From an uncultured virus (IMG/VR IMGVR_UViG_3300013121_000043) (Duplodnaviria; Heunggongvirae; Uroviricota; Caudoviricetes): a stretch of 64,000 nucleotides of DNA. Position numbers and translations under genes: made by a program. The DNA is taken from the IMG/VR virus record IMGVR_UViG_3300013121_000043. One strand, 5' to 3'. This document shows positions 42,452 through 50,742 of this stretch, one piece after another. Under the pieces are notes generated by a model. It was not told the origin of the DNA and did no database searches. It saw only the letters and a program-made list of their open reading frames with translations. Every line of letters starts with the position of its first letter. Positions within the stretch are counted from its first letter, which is position 1.

Positions 42452-43749
42452 GCGAGCAGCTATTGCTTTTCCGACGCGTCTGGGAGCGCAACAACCCGGC
42501 CCTCCTCCGACGCTTGCTGGAACATCGCCAGCTGGATCTGGTCAGCATCTGGCCGGAGCTGCGCGACGAGGAGCGCCAGGCCCTGGTGGATCAGGGCTAC
42601 ATCACTGCGGTCACTCCCGTGGTTCAGACCGAGAGCCACCGAACCTGGCAGGATGTCTGGTACTCCGAGCACGGTGCTAGCTGGCCAGGCTACACGCTGC
42701 GACTGGAGGATCCGCAAAAGCAGGTGACGCTCCCGGTCCGTGGCTGGTGCTTTGTGGGAATATTCCCACAAAACCAGGCGGCGTCACGCTGGGTCTATCG
42801 CCATGATGATGGACACACGCGTGGACTGCCCAGCTGTTATGACGGCTGGTCGCTGCGTACCGCAGGGTATGAGGACGTCTTGCTTCCCTGCTGGCAGCAG
42901 GACGGGTGGTATTTTACCTTTGACCCCTCGGAGACCGAACATGCCATCTTGCAGCATGTCAACGGTCTGGATTTTGGGAAGGAGCCACGACTGGAAGATG
43001 TGACGCTGGACCATCTCACCCTGGAGGAGGGTGGTTATAGCTACTCGGCCCAGGGTCTGCTGGATATCGACCTGTACGAGGGTGGGCTGGCTCCCTACAC
43101 CTCGGAGGAGGGGGCACGCCGCTACTGGGTACCGGCCTTTGGCTATCGCTACCAACTCCATACCCGTGGTTCCCTGGATCTACCTACCACAGGGATCTTC
43201 CCGACCCGGGAGGCCAGGGACCAGATTCTCGCGGACTATCCCGTTTTTCCCAGCCAGTGCGAGGCCCGGGCGGAGCTGTGGCTACGGTTTCTGGGTCCCC
43301 GGGAACAGGCCCAGGAGATTCAGGCTCGGCTTCGCGAGCTGAAATGTTACTTTAAGTTTGATTACGCCTACCGCACGGTAGTCATGGCAACCACCAACAA
43401 CCAGATCGCCCTGGCCGACAACCAGATCTGCTCCCTGGTACCCCACTTCCAGGACTCCGTGGAGCAGAAGGTGGAGGTATTGCTCCGGCTGGAATCCGCG
43501 GAGGAGCATGGACGCGTCCGGTTTTACCTCAACGGAAGCGTGGAGGTGGCAGGACCCTACCCTGAGCCCTGCCTGCTGTTCTGTTTTGAGGAAGAAGATC
43601 TCCGGGCGTTGGCCCGGGAGATTGCCCAGGGTGCTCCGGGTTCTCTGCCCGTCTTCCGGGATGCCGTGGTGGATAGTTTGACTGGCCACCCGGAGCGACA
43701 GGAGTTACTTGTGGCCCTGGAGGAGGCGCTGCAGCCCGAGGCCGAGTAG
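42448..43749 (+). CDS. hypothetical protein, tandem paralog 2
   Basis: ATGA coupling; paralog of 41141. Confidence 0.8.
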   Translation: MSEQLLLFRRVWERNNPALLRRLLEHRQLDLVSIWPELRDEERQALVDQGYITAVTPVVQTESHRTWQDVWYSEHGASWPGYTLRLEDPQKQVTLPVRGWCFVGIFPQNQAASRWVYRHDDGHTRGLPSCYDGWSLRTAGYEDVLLPCWQQDGWYFTFDPSETEHAILQHVNGLDFGKEPRLEDVTLDHLTLEEGGYSYSAQGLLDIDLYEGGLAPYTSEEGARRYWVPAFGYRYQLHTRGSLDLPTTGIFPTREARDQILADYPVFPSQCEARAELWLRFLGPREQAQEIQARLRELKCYFKFDYAYRTVVMATTNNQIALADNQICSLVPHFQDSVEQKVEVLLRLESAEEHGRVRFYLNGSVEVAGPYPEPCLLFCFEEEDLRALAREIAQGAPGSLPVFRDAVVDSLTGHPERQELLVALEEALQPEAE

Positions 43750-43776
43750 TGAAATCGTGAACAGAGCGGGGCAATA
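43750..43776 (+). promoter_or_regulatory. promoter motif variant TGAA-N16-GGCAATA
   Basis: Before micro-ORF 43810. Confidence 0.6.
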
Positions 43777-43809
43777 TAGTCTGCCCCATTCCTAGCTGAA
43801 AGGAGAGAG

Positions 43810-43983
43810 ATGCTATCGATGTCCAACAGCTACTATTCGTTCGTGGGCTGGCATTACACCCGCATGCGACTGCCTGCGGGTAATTACCGCATGTTTTCCC
43901 ACAAGATGGGAAACACGCTCACGTATCTGCAGCGGTTCCAGGTCTGGCAATCGCTACACGTACTGGTAAGGAGGCAACCATGA
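43810..43983 (+). CDS. micro-ORF
   Basis: AGGAG RBS; MLSMSNSYY... Confidence 0.55.
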   Translation: MLSMSNSYYSFVGWHYTRMRLPAGNYRMFSHKMGNTLTYLQRFQVWQSLHVLVRRQP

Positions 43984-44240
43984 GTTACGGACGTCTGGCC
44001 GCACTGGCCAGGGCGTATCGCGAGGGGCCGCTGCGGGGTTACGTGGCGGCCCGCTGTGTTTGTCCCAAAGACTGGTCGCAGCGTGCCGTTTGTCTGTCCC
44101 ATCTCTGCTGGTTATGTGATAACATCACGGCAGGTATATTCACAGACAACCTGGCGCAACAGCGGCTGGGGTTTGTCCAGGGCAATCTGGTTGCCCTGGG
44201 GTTACTGTCGCTGGAAGAAACGCAAGCAGGAAGGGTCTAG
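43980..44240 (+). CDS. hypothetical Cys-containing protein
   Basis: AGGAGG RBS; ATGA overlap. Confidence 0.65.
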   Translation: MSYGRLAALARAYREGPLRGYVAARCVCPKDWSQRAVCLSHLCWLCDNITAGIFTDNLAQQRLGFVQGNLVALGLLSLEETQAGRV

Positions 44241-44242
44241 GC

Positions 44243-45463
44243 ATGGGACACGCAAGCTGGGCAGAGGATGTCTCCAACGAGTGTGAGATCCAGCTGTCCA
44301 CGGTGAACTGGCAGCAGGGCTATCCGTTTCGCTCGTTACTGCAGGCGGAGCTTCAGGCGTTGTTGCCTTACTTCGCTGGCGAGCTGGAGTGCCCGGTGAG
44401 TGATCTCACCGTGGCGGCCGTTGGAATCAGTGCGGGCTTTTCCGAACTGAAAAAACGAGTGACACGTCTACAGCGCTGGCCCTTACCGGGCTACATGACG
44501 ATCGTCACGGGCCAGAATTTTGTCCTGCCCGCCCATACTGATTGTTGGCGGATGGAAATCACCACATCTTCCTGGAGCTGTCCCTTCTTTCTTGTGCACC
44601 AGGCCGCGGATTATCACCAGTACACACTTGTACTGCCGCGGTCGTTTTCCTATCGGCTACTACGCCACCTGATGGTACGTAGATCTCCCTCACCTCCCCT
44701 GATCCTGCCCCGGGAGATGTACCAGACGCTGCAGGATGCGATCTTCGGGTTCCTACGTCGGCTGCCCGAGATACGTCGCCTGGGAGGGCGTACCCAGAAG
44801 GGTCTGCTCCTGACCGGCCCACCCGGCAACGGCAAGACGTTGTTTTTGCGTGAGGTGCAGAAGCGCTGGCCCACGGCCACACCACACATGCGCTACGGCG
44901 TTGGCTCCCGGGATGTCCAGGTCGTCACCGCAGCCGGTCTGGAGAAGGCGTTTGCCCATAACGAGCTGGCCCAGCTGTTTGAAGCACGCCTGGTCGTCCT
45001 CGATGACGTGGATATCAGCTTCTTCTCCCGGCGTGGGGCCCATGCCGACAAGGCCTGCGACCTGCTGTCGGCCATGGATCACGGGAACGACGTCGGCTCC
45101 ATCCGGCTGATCGCCACCAACGAGCCGACCCACTCGTTTGACCGGGCGTTTCTCCGTCCGGGTCGGATTGACCAGGTGTTCCATTTTGGTCCTCCGGATT
45201 ACACGGAGCGCCAGCGGTTCTTCGATAGCTGGGATTCTTCCATCCTGCACCCTCAGGAAAGAGAGGCCCTGGAAGAGATCATCGGCAACGACCGACCCTC
45301 CTACGCCGAGCTGGGAGCGGTGCGCTCGGCCCTGATTGATAGCTACCTTCGGGGTGAGAAGCGACCTCTTGCTACCACGATGCTGCGGGAGCTTTACCAG
45401 AACCGCAGCCTGGCCATGGCGATCCACGCCCCCAAGGTGGGGTTTGGTCAGGAGGATCTATGA
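44243..45463 (+). CDS. AAA+ ATPase
   Basis: Walker A GPPGNGKT, Walker B VVLDDVD, ATN, DRAFLRPGRID. Confidence 0.9.
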   Translation: MGHASWAEDVSNECEIQLSTVNWQQGYPFRSLLQAELQALLPYFAGELECPVSDLTVAAVGISAGFSELKKRVTRLQRWPLPGYMTIVTGQNFVLPAHTDCWRMEITTSSWSCPFFLVHQAADYHQYTLVLPRSFSYRLLRHLMVRRSPSPPLILPREMYQTLQDAIFGFLRRLPEIRRLGGRTQKGLLLTGPPGNGKTLFLREVQKRWPTATPHMRYGVGSRDVQVVTAAGLEKAFAHNELAQLFEARLVVLDDVDISFFSRRGAHADKACDLLSAMDHGNDVGSIRLIATNEPTHSFDRAFLRPGRIDQVFHFGPPDYTERQRFFDSWDSSILHPQEREALEEIIGNDRPSYAELGAVRSALIDSYLRGEKRPLATTMLRELYQNRSLAMAIHAPKVGFGQEDL

Positions 45464-45891
45464 GTTGCGCCATTGGGATCTACCATCCCGAGGAGCACGT
45501 CAAGGCCGGGGCGCTGTGGTACAGCGCCCGTGCTTTTGGTGCCAGGCTGGTGTTTACCCTGGGGCCGTCCCTGGGGCTGGCGGACGTGTTGATGCATCCC
45601 GGCAAGCCGATGGCGGTCAGCGCCTCGCACTGGCTCTCCGTGGAGAATCTGCTACCGGATGATTACACCCTGGTGGCTGTGGGAACGCGTCCCGGGGCCG
45701 AGTCTCTTACCACATTCGTGCCCCCGGCCAGCGCCTGTTATTTACTAACCACCCGGGGACAGGGCTTACCTGAGCCCCTGCTCTCGCTGTGCACCCGACG
45801 GGTGCAGGTGCTGGGAATCCGGGCAGAGCTGGAAGCTACCGCCCTGGGCAGCGTCGTGCTTTATGACCGATTCTTGAAAGGAGTACTATGA
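45460..45891 (+). CDS. SpoU/TrmH-like SPOUT RNA methyltransferase (degenerate)
   Basis: AIGIYHP..GALWYSARAFGA..SLTTFVPP..GQGLP..ELEATALGSVVLYDR. Confidence 0.7.
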   Translation: MSCAIGIYHPEEHVKAGALWYSARAFGARLVFTLGPSLGLADVLMHPGKPMAVSASHWLSVENLLPDDYTLVAVGTRPGAESLTTFVPPASACYLLTTRGQGLPEPLLSLCTRRVQVLGIRAELEATALGSVVLYDRFLKGVL

Positions 45892-45903
45892 GGAGGCAGC
45901 AAC

Positions 45904-46299
45904 GTGACATATTCCTTTTTTAATGGAGCGCTGACCCTCACGGAAGAGGGTCGGTATGTCTGGAAGGATGGCGAGGACTGGACACCTGTGTTCCAGCCCC
46001 TGACCATCAACCACTACAACTTCCTCGTCCAGGGAGTGTATGTGATTGTCCCGCGCGCTGCGGTGCAGCGGCACCGGGATCTGGCCTGGGTGCCCGAGGT
46101 GGGGCTGGCCGTGCCACCTGCCGTGAATACACCTCGGGCGTTTCTGGTCCCCCAGACCATCTGGGATGAGAAGGCCAAGATCCCCATCGGCGTGCTCTGG
46201 GACGCGCGGGACGAGCCCATCGTCCTGGACAAGGCCCAGGACCTGGGCTGGGAGTGGTCCGGGGACCGGTTACAAAGTATACACGGAGATCCCGTATGA
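45904..46299 (+). CDS. hypothetical protein
   Basis: GAGGAGG RBS, GTG start. Confidence 0.7.
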   Translation: MTYSFFNGALTLTEEGRYVWKDGEDWTPVFQPLTINHYNFLVQGVYVIVPRAAVQRHRDLAWVPEVGLAVPPAVNTPRAFLVPQTIWDEKAKIPIGVLWDARDEPIVLDKAQDLGWEWSGDRLQSIHGDPV

Positions 46300-46589
46300 C
46301 ATTGCTACCAGGTCTTGTCTGCCTGTTCTTGCTGATAGCCGGCCTGATCGTCCTGGAGTATATCCAGGGGCGGCAGACTCTGGAAATGCTTCAACAGCTC
46401 CGGCACCACTCCCCGTCGACCCAGGAGCGTCGCGGCCTGGATCTGTTGCTATACCTGCAGTCCCAGTTGACCGAACTGGGACGTCAGCCCGCACCCGACA
46501 ACCTGAGACTCCGGGAGCTGGCCGAGGACTGTGCTCGCTACCTGGGCGAGAACCGACTACCCTGGGAGGAGGACGATTCCCAGGAGTAA
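46296..46589 (+). CDS. small protein with an N-terminal TM helix
   Basis: LLPGLVCLFLLIAGLIVL; ATGA overlap. Confidence 0.65.
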   Translation: MTLLPGLVCLFLLIAGLIVLEYIQGRQTLEMLQQLRHHSPSTQERRGLDLLLYLQSQLTELGRQPAPDNLRLRELAEDCARYLGENRLPWEEDDSQE

Positions 46590-46613
46590 AATTCTGCCAC
46601 AACCGTGGCAATA
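46587..46613 (+). promoter_or_regulatory. TAAA-N16-GGCAATA promoter motif
   Basis: TAAA attctgccacaaccgt GGCAATA. Confidence 0.75.
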
Positions 46614-46618
46614 CTGTA

Positions 46619-46772
46619 TGCCCGCTGTGGTAGCGGTCCCCCGCCACCGCCCGCTACGGGACCTGGGGGTGGTAGCCTCTTACCGGCTCATGATGAGCCG
46701 GTAAGAGGATACAGAGGCAACTCTGTATGGGTTACGCAGCCGGGGGATGTCACCATCCCCCGGCTGTTTTTT
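46619..46772 (+). ncRNA. small structured RNA
   Basis: Promoter, 15-bp hairpin 46676-46708, GCAA tetraloop hairpin, terminator 46737-46772. Confidence 0.6.
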
Positions 46773-46836
46773 GATGACAAAAAAGAGAGTGGTTGCACTA
46801 CGCTGCAGTCACTCTCTTTTTGTTTTGGAGGCAGCG

Positions 46837-47061
46837 ATGGAGTTCTGCCCACTAACCGGGGTGTACCAGCCGGCACCCCACAAGAGCCGGCGGCTGGTGG
46901 AGAAGGTCGCGCTGCGCGACGGCGCGGCCTTCTTCCAGGAGCACGGGCGAACGTATTTCGCCCGGGTGCTCCGGGCCCGACTAATCTCGTCGGAGGTCGA
47001 CACCAGGAGGACCCTGGTAGTCGAAACTCCGACCGAGATTCTGGTCGGACCACTGAAATAA
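46837..47061 (+). CDS. hypothetical protein
   Basis: GGAGG RBS; followed by terminator 47066-47098. Confidence 0.65.
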   Translation: MEFCPLTGVYQPAPHKSRRLVEKVALRDGAAFFQEHGRTYFARVLRARLISSEVDTRRTLVVETPTEILVGPLK

Positions 47062-47111
47062 CGCGGGCCCGGAGGGGAAACCTTCCGGGCCTTTTTTTAG
47101 CAGTTGTAAAC

Positions 47112-47138
47112 TAAAATTAGCGCCAAAGCCTGTTAATA
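47112..47138 (+). promoter_or_regulatory. promoter motif variant TAAA-N16-GTTAATA
   Basis: After a terminator and before ATG 47172. Confidence 0.65.
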
Positions 47139-47171
47139 TCCTCTGCGCATCTCGTTACGGGGAGAGAGTTC

Positions 47172-47468
47172 ATGACGCCCGCGGCGTTGCACAAGATAAC
47201 GACCCAGTTCGCCCGTCTCTTTCCGGATCACGTGCGTGAACCGGAGACCCATTTCTGTACCGTCCTGGCCAACGATGGTCACACGTTTACGGTGGGACAT
47301 GTCCGCGAAAAGGGTGCCGTGTCGGAACCCTGGTTTATCTTTTTGAGCAAGGAGGGAGATCGCGTGCAGCAGCTACTGTCCCGGCTGGAGGTCCAGCAGG
47401 ACGGTCAGGCACTCTTTAACCACTTTCGACGCAACGACATCTGTTGTTCGTTGCTGATCCATACCTGA
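47172..47468 (+). CDS. hypothetical protein
   Basis: GGAG RBS. Confidence 0.7.
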   Translation: MTPAALHKITTQFARLFPDHVREPETHFCTVLANDGHTFTVGHVREKGAVSEPWFIFLSKEGDRVQQLLSRLEVQQDGQALFNHFRRNDICCSLLIHT

Positions 47469-47483
47469 TTACAGGGAGGTCGT

Positions 47484-47963
47484 ATGGTGTTTGACTGGTT
47501 GAACTTGTTTGGCGTGTTACTACTGCTTCTTGTTTTGCTGGTAGGGTTGTTTGTCTTCAGTGCCGTGCAGGCAGCACCGGTACCCGCTAACAAGTTCAAG
47601 GAGATCAAGAGCGACGAGCTGGTGGGCCTGTGGCAGTTTCGCACCACGGATGACACCTTCTACCGGGTACACCTGTACGGAGACACTTTCTGCTGTGGCT
47701 ATCGGGTCACGGAGACGGGTGACCTCAGTGATGGCTCCTGTGGTTACGACTGGGGCGTGGTCTGGGGCGGTCGCTGGCGTCTGGATGGTCCTACCCAGCG
47801 TCTGTACATCGATCGGTTCATTATCGAGCCTGGTGATCCCTGGCATGAGCGGGAGCGCACCGTCTCCGTATTCGAGGATACGCTCTATCGTCACAAGAAT
47901 CAGATTGTCTCGGGCCTGTTGCGCTGGAAGCGCATCTACAGCGCCACCGATCCTCTGTGGTGA
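47484..47963 (+). CDS. secreted or membrane-anchored protein
   Basis: Signal-like N-terminus ending AAPVP, then LVGLW (lipocalin-like start typical of Planctomycete proteins). Confidence 0.7.
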   Translation: MVFDWLNLFGVLLLLLVLLVGLFVFSAVQAAPVPANKFKEIKSDELVGLWQFRTTDDTFYRVHLYGDTFCCGYRVTETGDLSDGSCGYDWGVVWGGRWRLDGPTQRLYIDRFIIEPGDPWHERERTVSVFEDTLYRHKNQIVSGLLRWKRIYSATDPLW

Positions 47964-48012
47964 GTCAGGTTACCCTGGCAGGTAGAGAGTATTTCCTGCA
48001 AGGAGTGTATTC

Positions 48013-48465
48013 ATGCCTGCCTGGCTTACCGCCATCCTGGAACCACTTTATACCCTTGTTCGGGAAGTGAAGTTAACCCTCTTCCCGGATAGCCCCAGGA
48101 CCACGGGGGTCGCTCCGTTCAGTGTGGAGCGGGCGTTACAGTTCCCGCCCGTCACGGGACAGACCCAGGTACTGATCACCCGGATCGTCGATGGCGATAC
48201 GGTGGATTACTGCTACCTGGTGACGGCGCGGGGTCGCGTCAAGGGGATCAACGCCCCGGAGATGCGTGGTGTGGAGAAGGAGAAGGGGCTGCTGGCCCGA
48301 CAGTACCTGGAAACGCTGCTGGTACCGGGACAGCTGGTCACCGCCCAGCTGTATGGACGGGACAAGTACGGACGTGTGCTTGTCGATTTTCTTTTAGCCG
48401 ACGGGCATGTCGTGTCGCGCAAGATGCTGGAGGCAGGACAGGCCCGGAAATACATGGATGATTGA
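48013..48465 (+). CDS. thermonuclease (SNase family)
   Basis: RIVDGDT, RVKGINAPE, DKYGRVL, MLEAGQA. Confidence 0.9.
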   Translation: MPAWLTAILEPLYTLVREVKLTLFPDSPRTTGVAPFSVERALQFPPVTGQTQVLITRIVDGDTVDYCYLVTARGRVKGINAPEMRGVEKEKGLLARQYLETLLVPGQLVTAQLYGRDKYGRVLVDFLLADGHVVSRKMLEAGQARKYMDD

Positions 48466-48679
48466 AATGCAAGAGTTGATTACAGAGAAGATGTTGCAGT
48501 CACGGGGTCTCACACAGGGCTCGCTGCTTCACAGCGGTAGCGACCTGCTGGAGTGGCTGTCTGAGCGTGGACGTCGCCAGGTGGGTCGTGCGTCCTGCCC
48601 TTGCTGTGGTGCCAGGCTGGAATACCACGAACAGCTGCTGGATTACCAACACTGCTTTCGCTGCCCACCGGCGAAGTAA
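48458..48679 (+). CDS. zinc-ribbon protein
   Basis: CPCCG...CFRC. Confidence 0.6.
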   Translation: MIEMQELITEKMLQSRGLTQGSLLHSGSDLLEWLSERGRRQVGRASCPCCGARLEYHEQLLDYQHCFRCPPAK

Positions 48680-48715
48680 GACTCCCTGTCGCCCAGCACG
48701 TGCGCTCCGCTCCTG

Positions 48716-48952
48716 CTACTCCATGAGAAACTGTTCGCCACAGGTCAGGGTGATGCCGGCAATCAATAACCCCTGGTCGGTGGTCTTGACCTCCTCGTTC
48801 CGCTGCAGCAGCCACTCGGTGAGACGTAACATGGTCGGCTGGGGTAGCACGATGTGTCGGGGTGCGCGACGGTGCATCAGGAAGAAAACCGTGATCAGGT
48901 CCAGGAGCTCCGCCCGGCTCTGAGGGCCTTCTGTATGGATGGTGATTGTCAT
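48716..48952 (-). CDS. hypothetical protein
   Basis: 78-aa ORF convergent with the upstream operon. Confidence 0.5.
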   Translation of the reverse strand: MTITIHTEGPQSRAELLDLITVFFLMHRRAPRHIVLPQPTMLRLTEWLLQRNEEVKTTDQGLLIAGITLTCGEQFLME

Positions 48953-49050
48953 GCGCAAGGCAGGAGCCCTCGTTCGCTGGTTGTTGCAACCCTGCGATCT
49001 GGTCAAGTGCTTGAGCTGCGCCTTGACCGTCTACCTGGTTCTGTGTTTAT

Positions 49051-50321
49051 TGTACAAGCGGTGGGAAAATCCCTACATCATAGATGTTCGACCGTCCTAC
49101 TATAGCGGGCGGGGAATCCGGTATAAAACGGCGAAGCATGGCACACTACACCTACAAATACCGTCTGGCACCCAACGAGGAGCAGCGAGCCAAACTCGCC
49201 GCACACTTCGGGTGTGTCCGCTTCGTCTACAACCATTTCCTCGCCCAACGAAAAGACCGCTACCTCCAGTCCAAGGAAGGGACGAACTACAACAAACAGG
49301 CGGGCGAACTTACCGAGTTGAAGAAGGAGTTGTCGTGGCTCAAGGATACCAACAGCCAGTCGCTACAGCACTCGCTCAGGTGCCTCCAGGTTGCCTACAA
49401 CAACTTCTTCGCCAAGAGGGCGAAATTCCCCCGGTTCAAGAAACGCAAGGACAAGCAATCCTTCACCGTCCCGCAACACGTTGAGGTCAAGGAAGGTCGC
49501 ATCCACTTCCCGAAGTTCAAGGAAGGGATCAAACTCCGTCTTCATCGTCGGCTTGAGGGCGAGATCAAGCACGCCACGATCTACAGGAACGGTGCAGGTC
49601 GATACTTTGCCTGCATTCTTGTGGAGAAGGACATCCAGCCGTTGCCGATGAGGAACACGGAGGTTGGCATCGACCTCGGTATCAGTGCGTTGGCGACGTG
49701 CAGCAACGGTGAGGTGTTCGAGAACATCCGTCCCCATCGTGGGCTACAACGTCGTCTTCGCCTCTTGCAGAAGGCGGTATCAAGAAAGGAGAAGGGATCA
49801 AAGAATAGGGGCAAGGCACGTCACCGTCTGGCGAAGTGCCACCAGAAAATTGCCGACATCAGGAATGACCACTTGCACAAGGTCAGCCGCAGCATCGTTG
49901 ACGAGAACCAAGTCATCGTGCTGGAGTCGCTAAATGTGCGTGGGATGATGGCGAACCGTCGTCTTGCCAAGTCTATCGCCGACGTGGGCCTGTCCGAGTT
50001 GGTCAGGCAGATCAGCTACAAGGCTCGATGGGCAGGCAGGACGTTCTTACAGATTGACCAGTGGTTTCCGTCGAGCAAGACATGCTCGTCATGTGGTTTC
50101 ATTGTGGATAAGTTGCCGCTGGACATCCGAGAATGGGACTGTCCGAAGTGCGGTGAGGTTCACGATCGGGACTATAACGCGTCGGTCAACATACTTCGTG
50201 AAGGGAAAAGAACCGTCGGGACGACGGGGATAGCCTGTGGACTCGGCGTAAGACCTTTGGTGACAAAGGCGGTTGAGGTTTAGACAGGAAGCCGCTACCC
50301 TTTAGGGTAGTGGCGGTTCAC
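49051..50321 (+). mobile_element. non-autonomous IS200/IS605-family (IS1341-type) element, TnpB only
   Basis: Right end GAAGCCGCTACCC-TTTA-GGGTAGTGGCGGTTCAC; left boundary inferred after TTTAT 49046-49050; no tnpA in window. Confidence 0.75.
49138..50283 (+). CDS. tnpB: RNA-guided endonuclease TnpB
   Basis: YKYRL.P..EQ..FGCVRFVYN; RuvC GIDLG, VLESL, HDRDYNA; Zn finger CSSC/CPKC; catalytic D-E-D intact. Confidence 0.95.
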   Translation: MAHYTYKYRLAPNEEQRAKLAAHFGCVRFVYNHFLAQRKDRYLQSKEGTNYNKQAGELTELKKELSWLKDTNSQSLQHSLRCLQVAYNNFFAKRAKFPRFKKRKDKQSFTVPQHVEVKEGRIHFPKFKEGIKLRLHRRLEGEIKHATIYRNGAGRYFACILVEKDIQPLPMRNTEVGIDLGISALATCSNGEVFENIRPHRGLQRRLRLLQKAVSRKEKGSKNRGKARHRLAKCHQKIADIRNDHLHKVSRSIVDENQVIVLESLNVRGMMANRRLAKSIADVGLSELVRQISYKARWAGRTFLQIDQWFPSSKTCSSCGFIVDKLPLDIREWDCPKCGEVHDRDYNASVNILREGKRTVGTTGIACGLGVRPLVTKAVEV

Positions 50322-50341
50322 TGTACAAGGAAGTGACGGCC
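50212..50341 (+). ncRNA. TnpB omega/reRNA scaffold plus guide (boundaries approximate)
   Basis: Hairpins overlapping the tnpB 3' end, ending TCAC; by family rule the guide is the flank TGTACAAGGAAGTGACGGCC. Confidence 0.6.
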
Positions 50342-50395
50342 GTAACCCACTGGCTGGACACGACCTTGCAGCTGAAAGAGAAATGGGAGGAATGT

Positions 50396-50620
50396 ATGGA
50401 AATGGTACCCTGGACTGGGCAGAATGCTGATTTACGTCTCTCCCCACGCGAGGTGGGCTTTGATCTGCGTCTGGTAGGAATCTCCGTGATTCTTCCGGCG
50501 CAGTTCACCTCGGTGGAGCTGGAAAAGGATGGTCAGGTCTACTGGCTTACCGGAACGCGCGAGGAGATGATTGCCGCCATCCGGGATGCCGGGTATACTG
50601 TGGCGGAGGAACCTGCGTGA
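50396..50620 (+). CDS. hypothetical protein
   Basis: GGAGG RBS; followed by terminator 50648-50687. Confidence 0.7.
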   Translation: MEMVPWTGQNADLRLSPREVGFDLRLVGISVILPAQFTSVELEKDGQVYWLTGTREEMIAAIRDAGYTVAEEPA

Positions 50621-50742
50621 CGCGGCTGGGGCAACGCGTCACGGCGTCACGGGGGTGGGCAACCACCCCCGTGTTCTTTTTAGCTATCAGTGGTTTAGAC
50701 TGTAACTAGTACTTCCTTTCTTCGTCTGTGCGAGTCCCATCC

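Noticed and set aside
48939..50620. A gene interrupted by the TnpB element (the empty site joins in frame)
   Set aside because: The upstream part overlaps a minus-strand gene start and lacks an RBS, while 50396 has its own GGAGG; the frame match has a 1-in-3 chance
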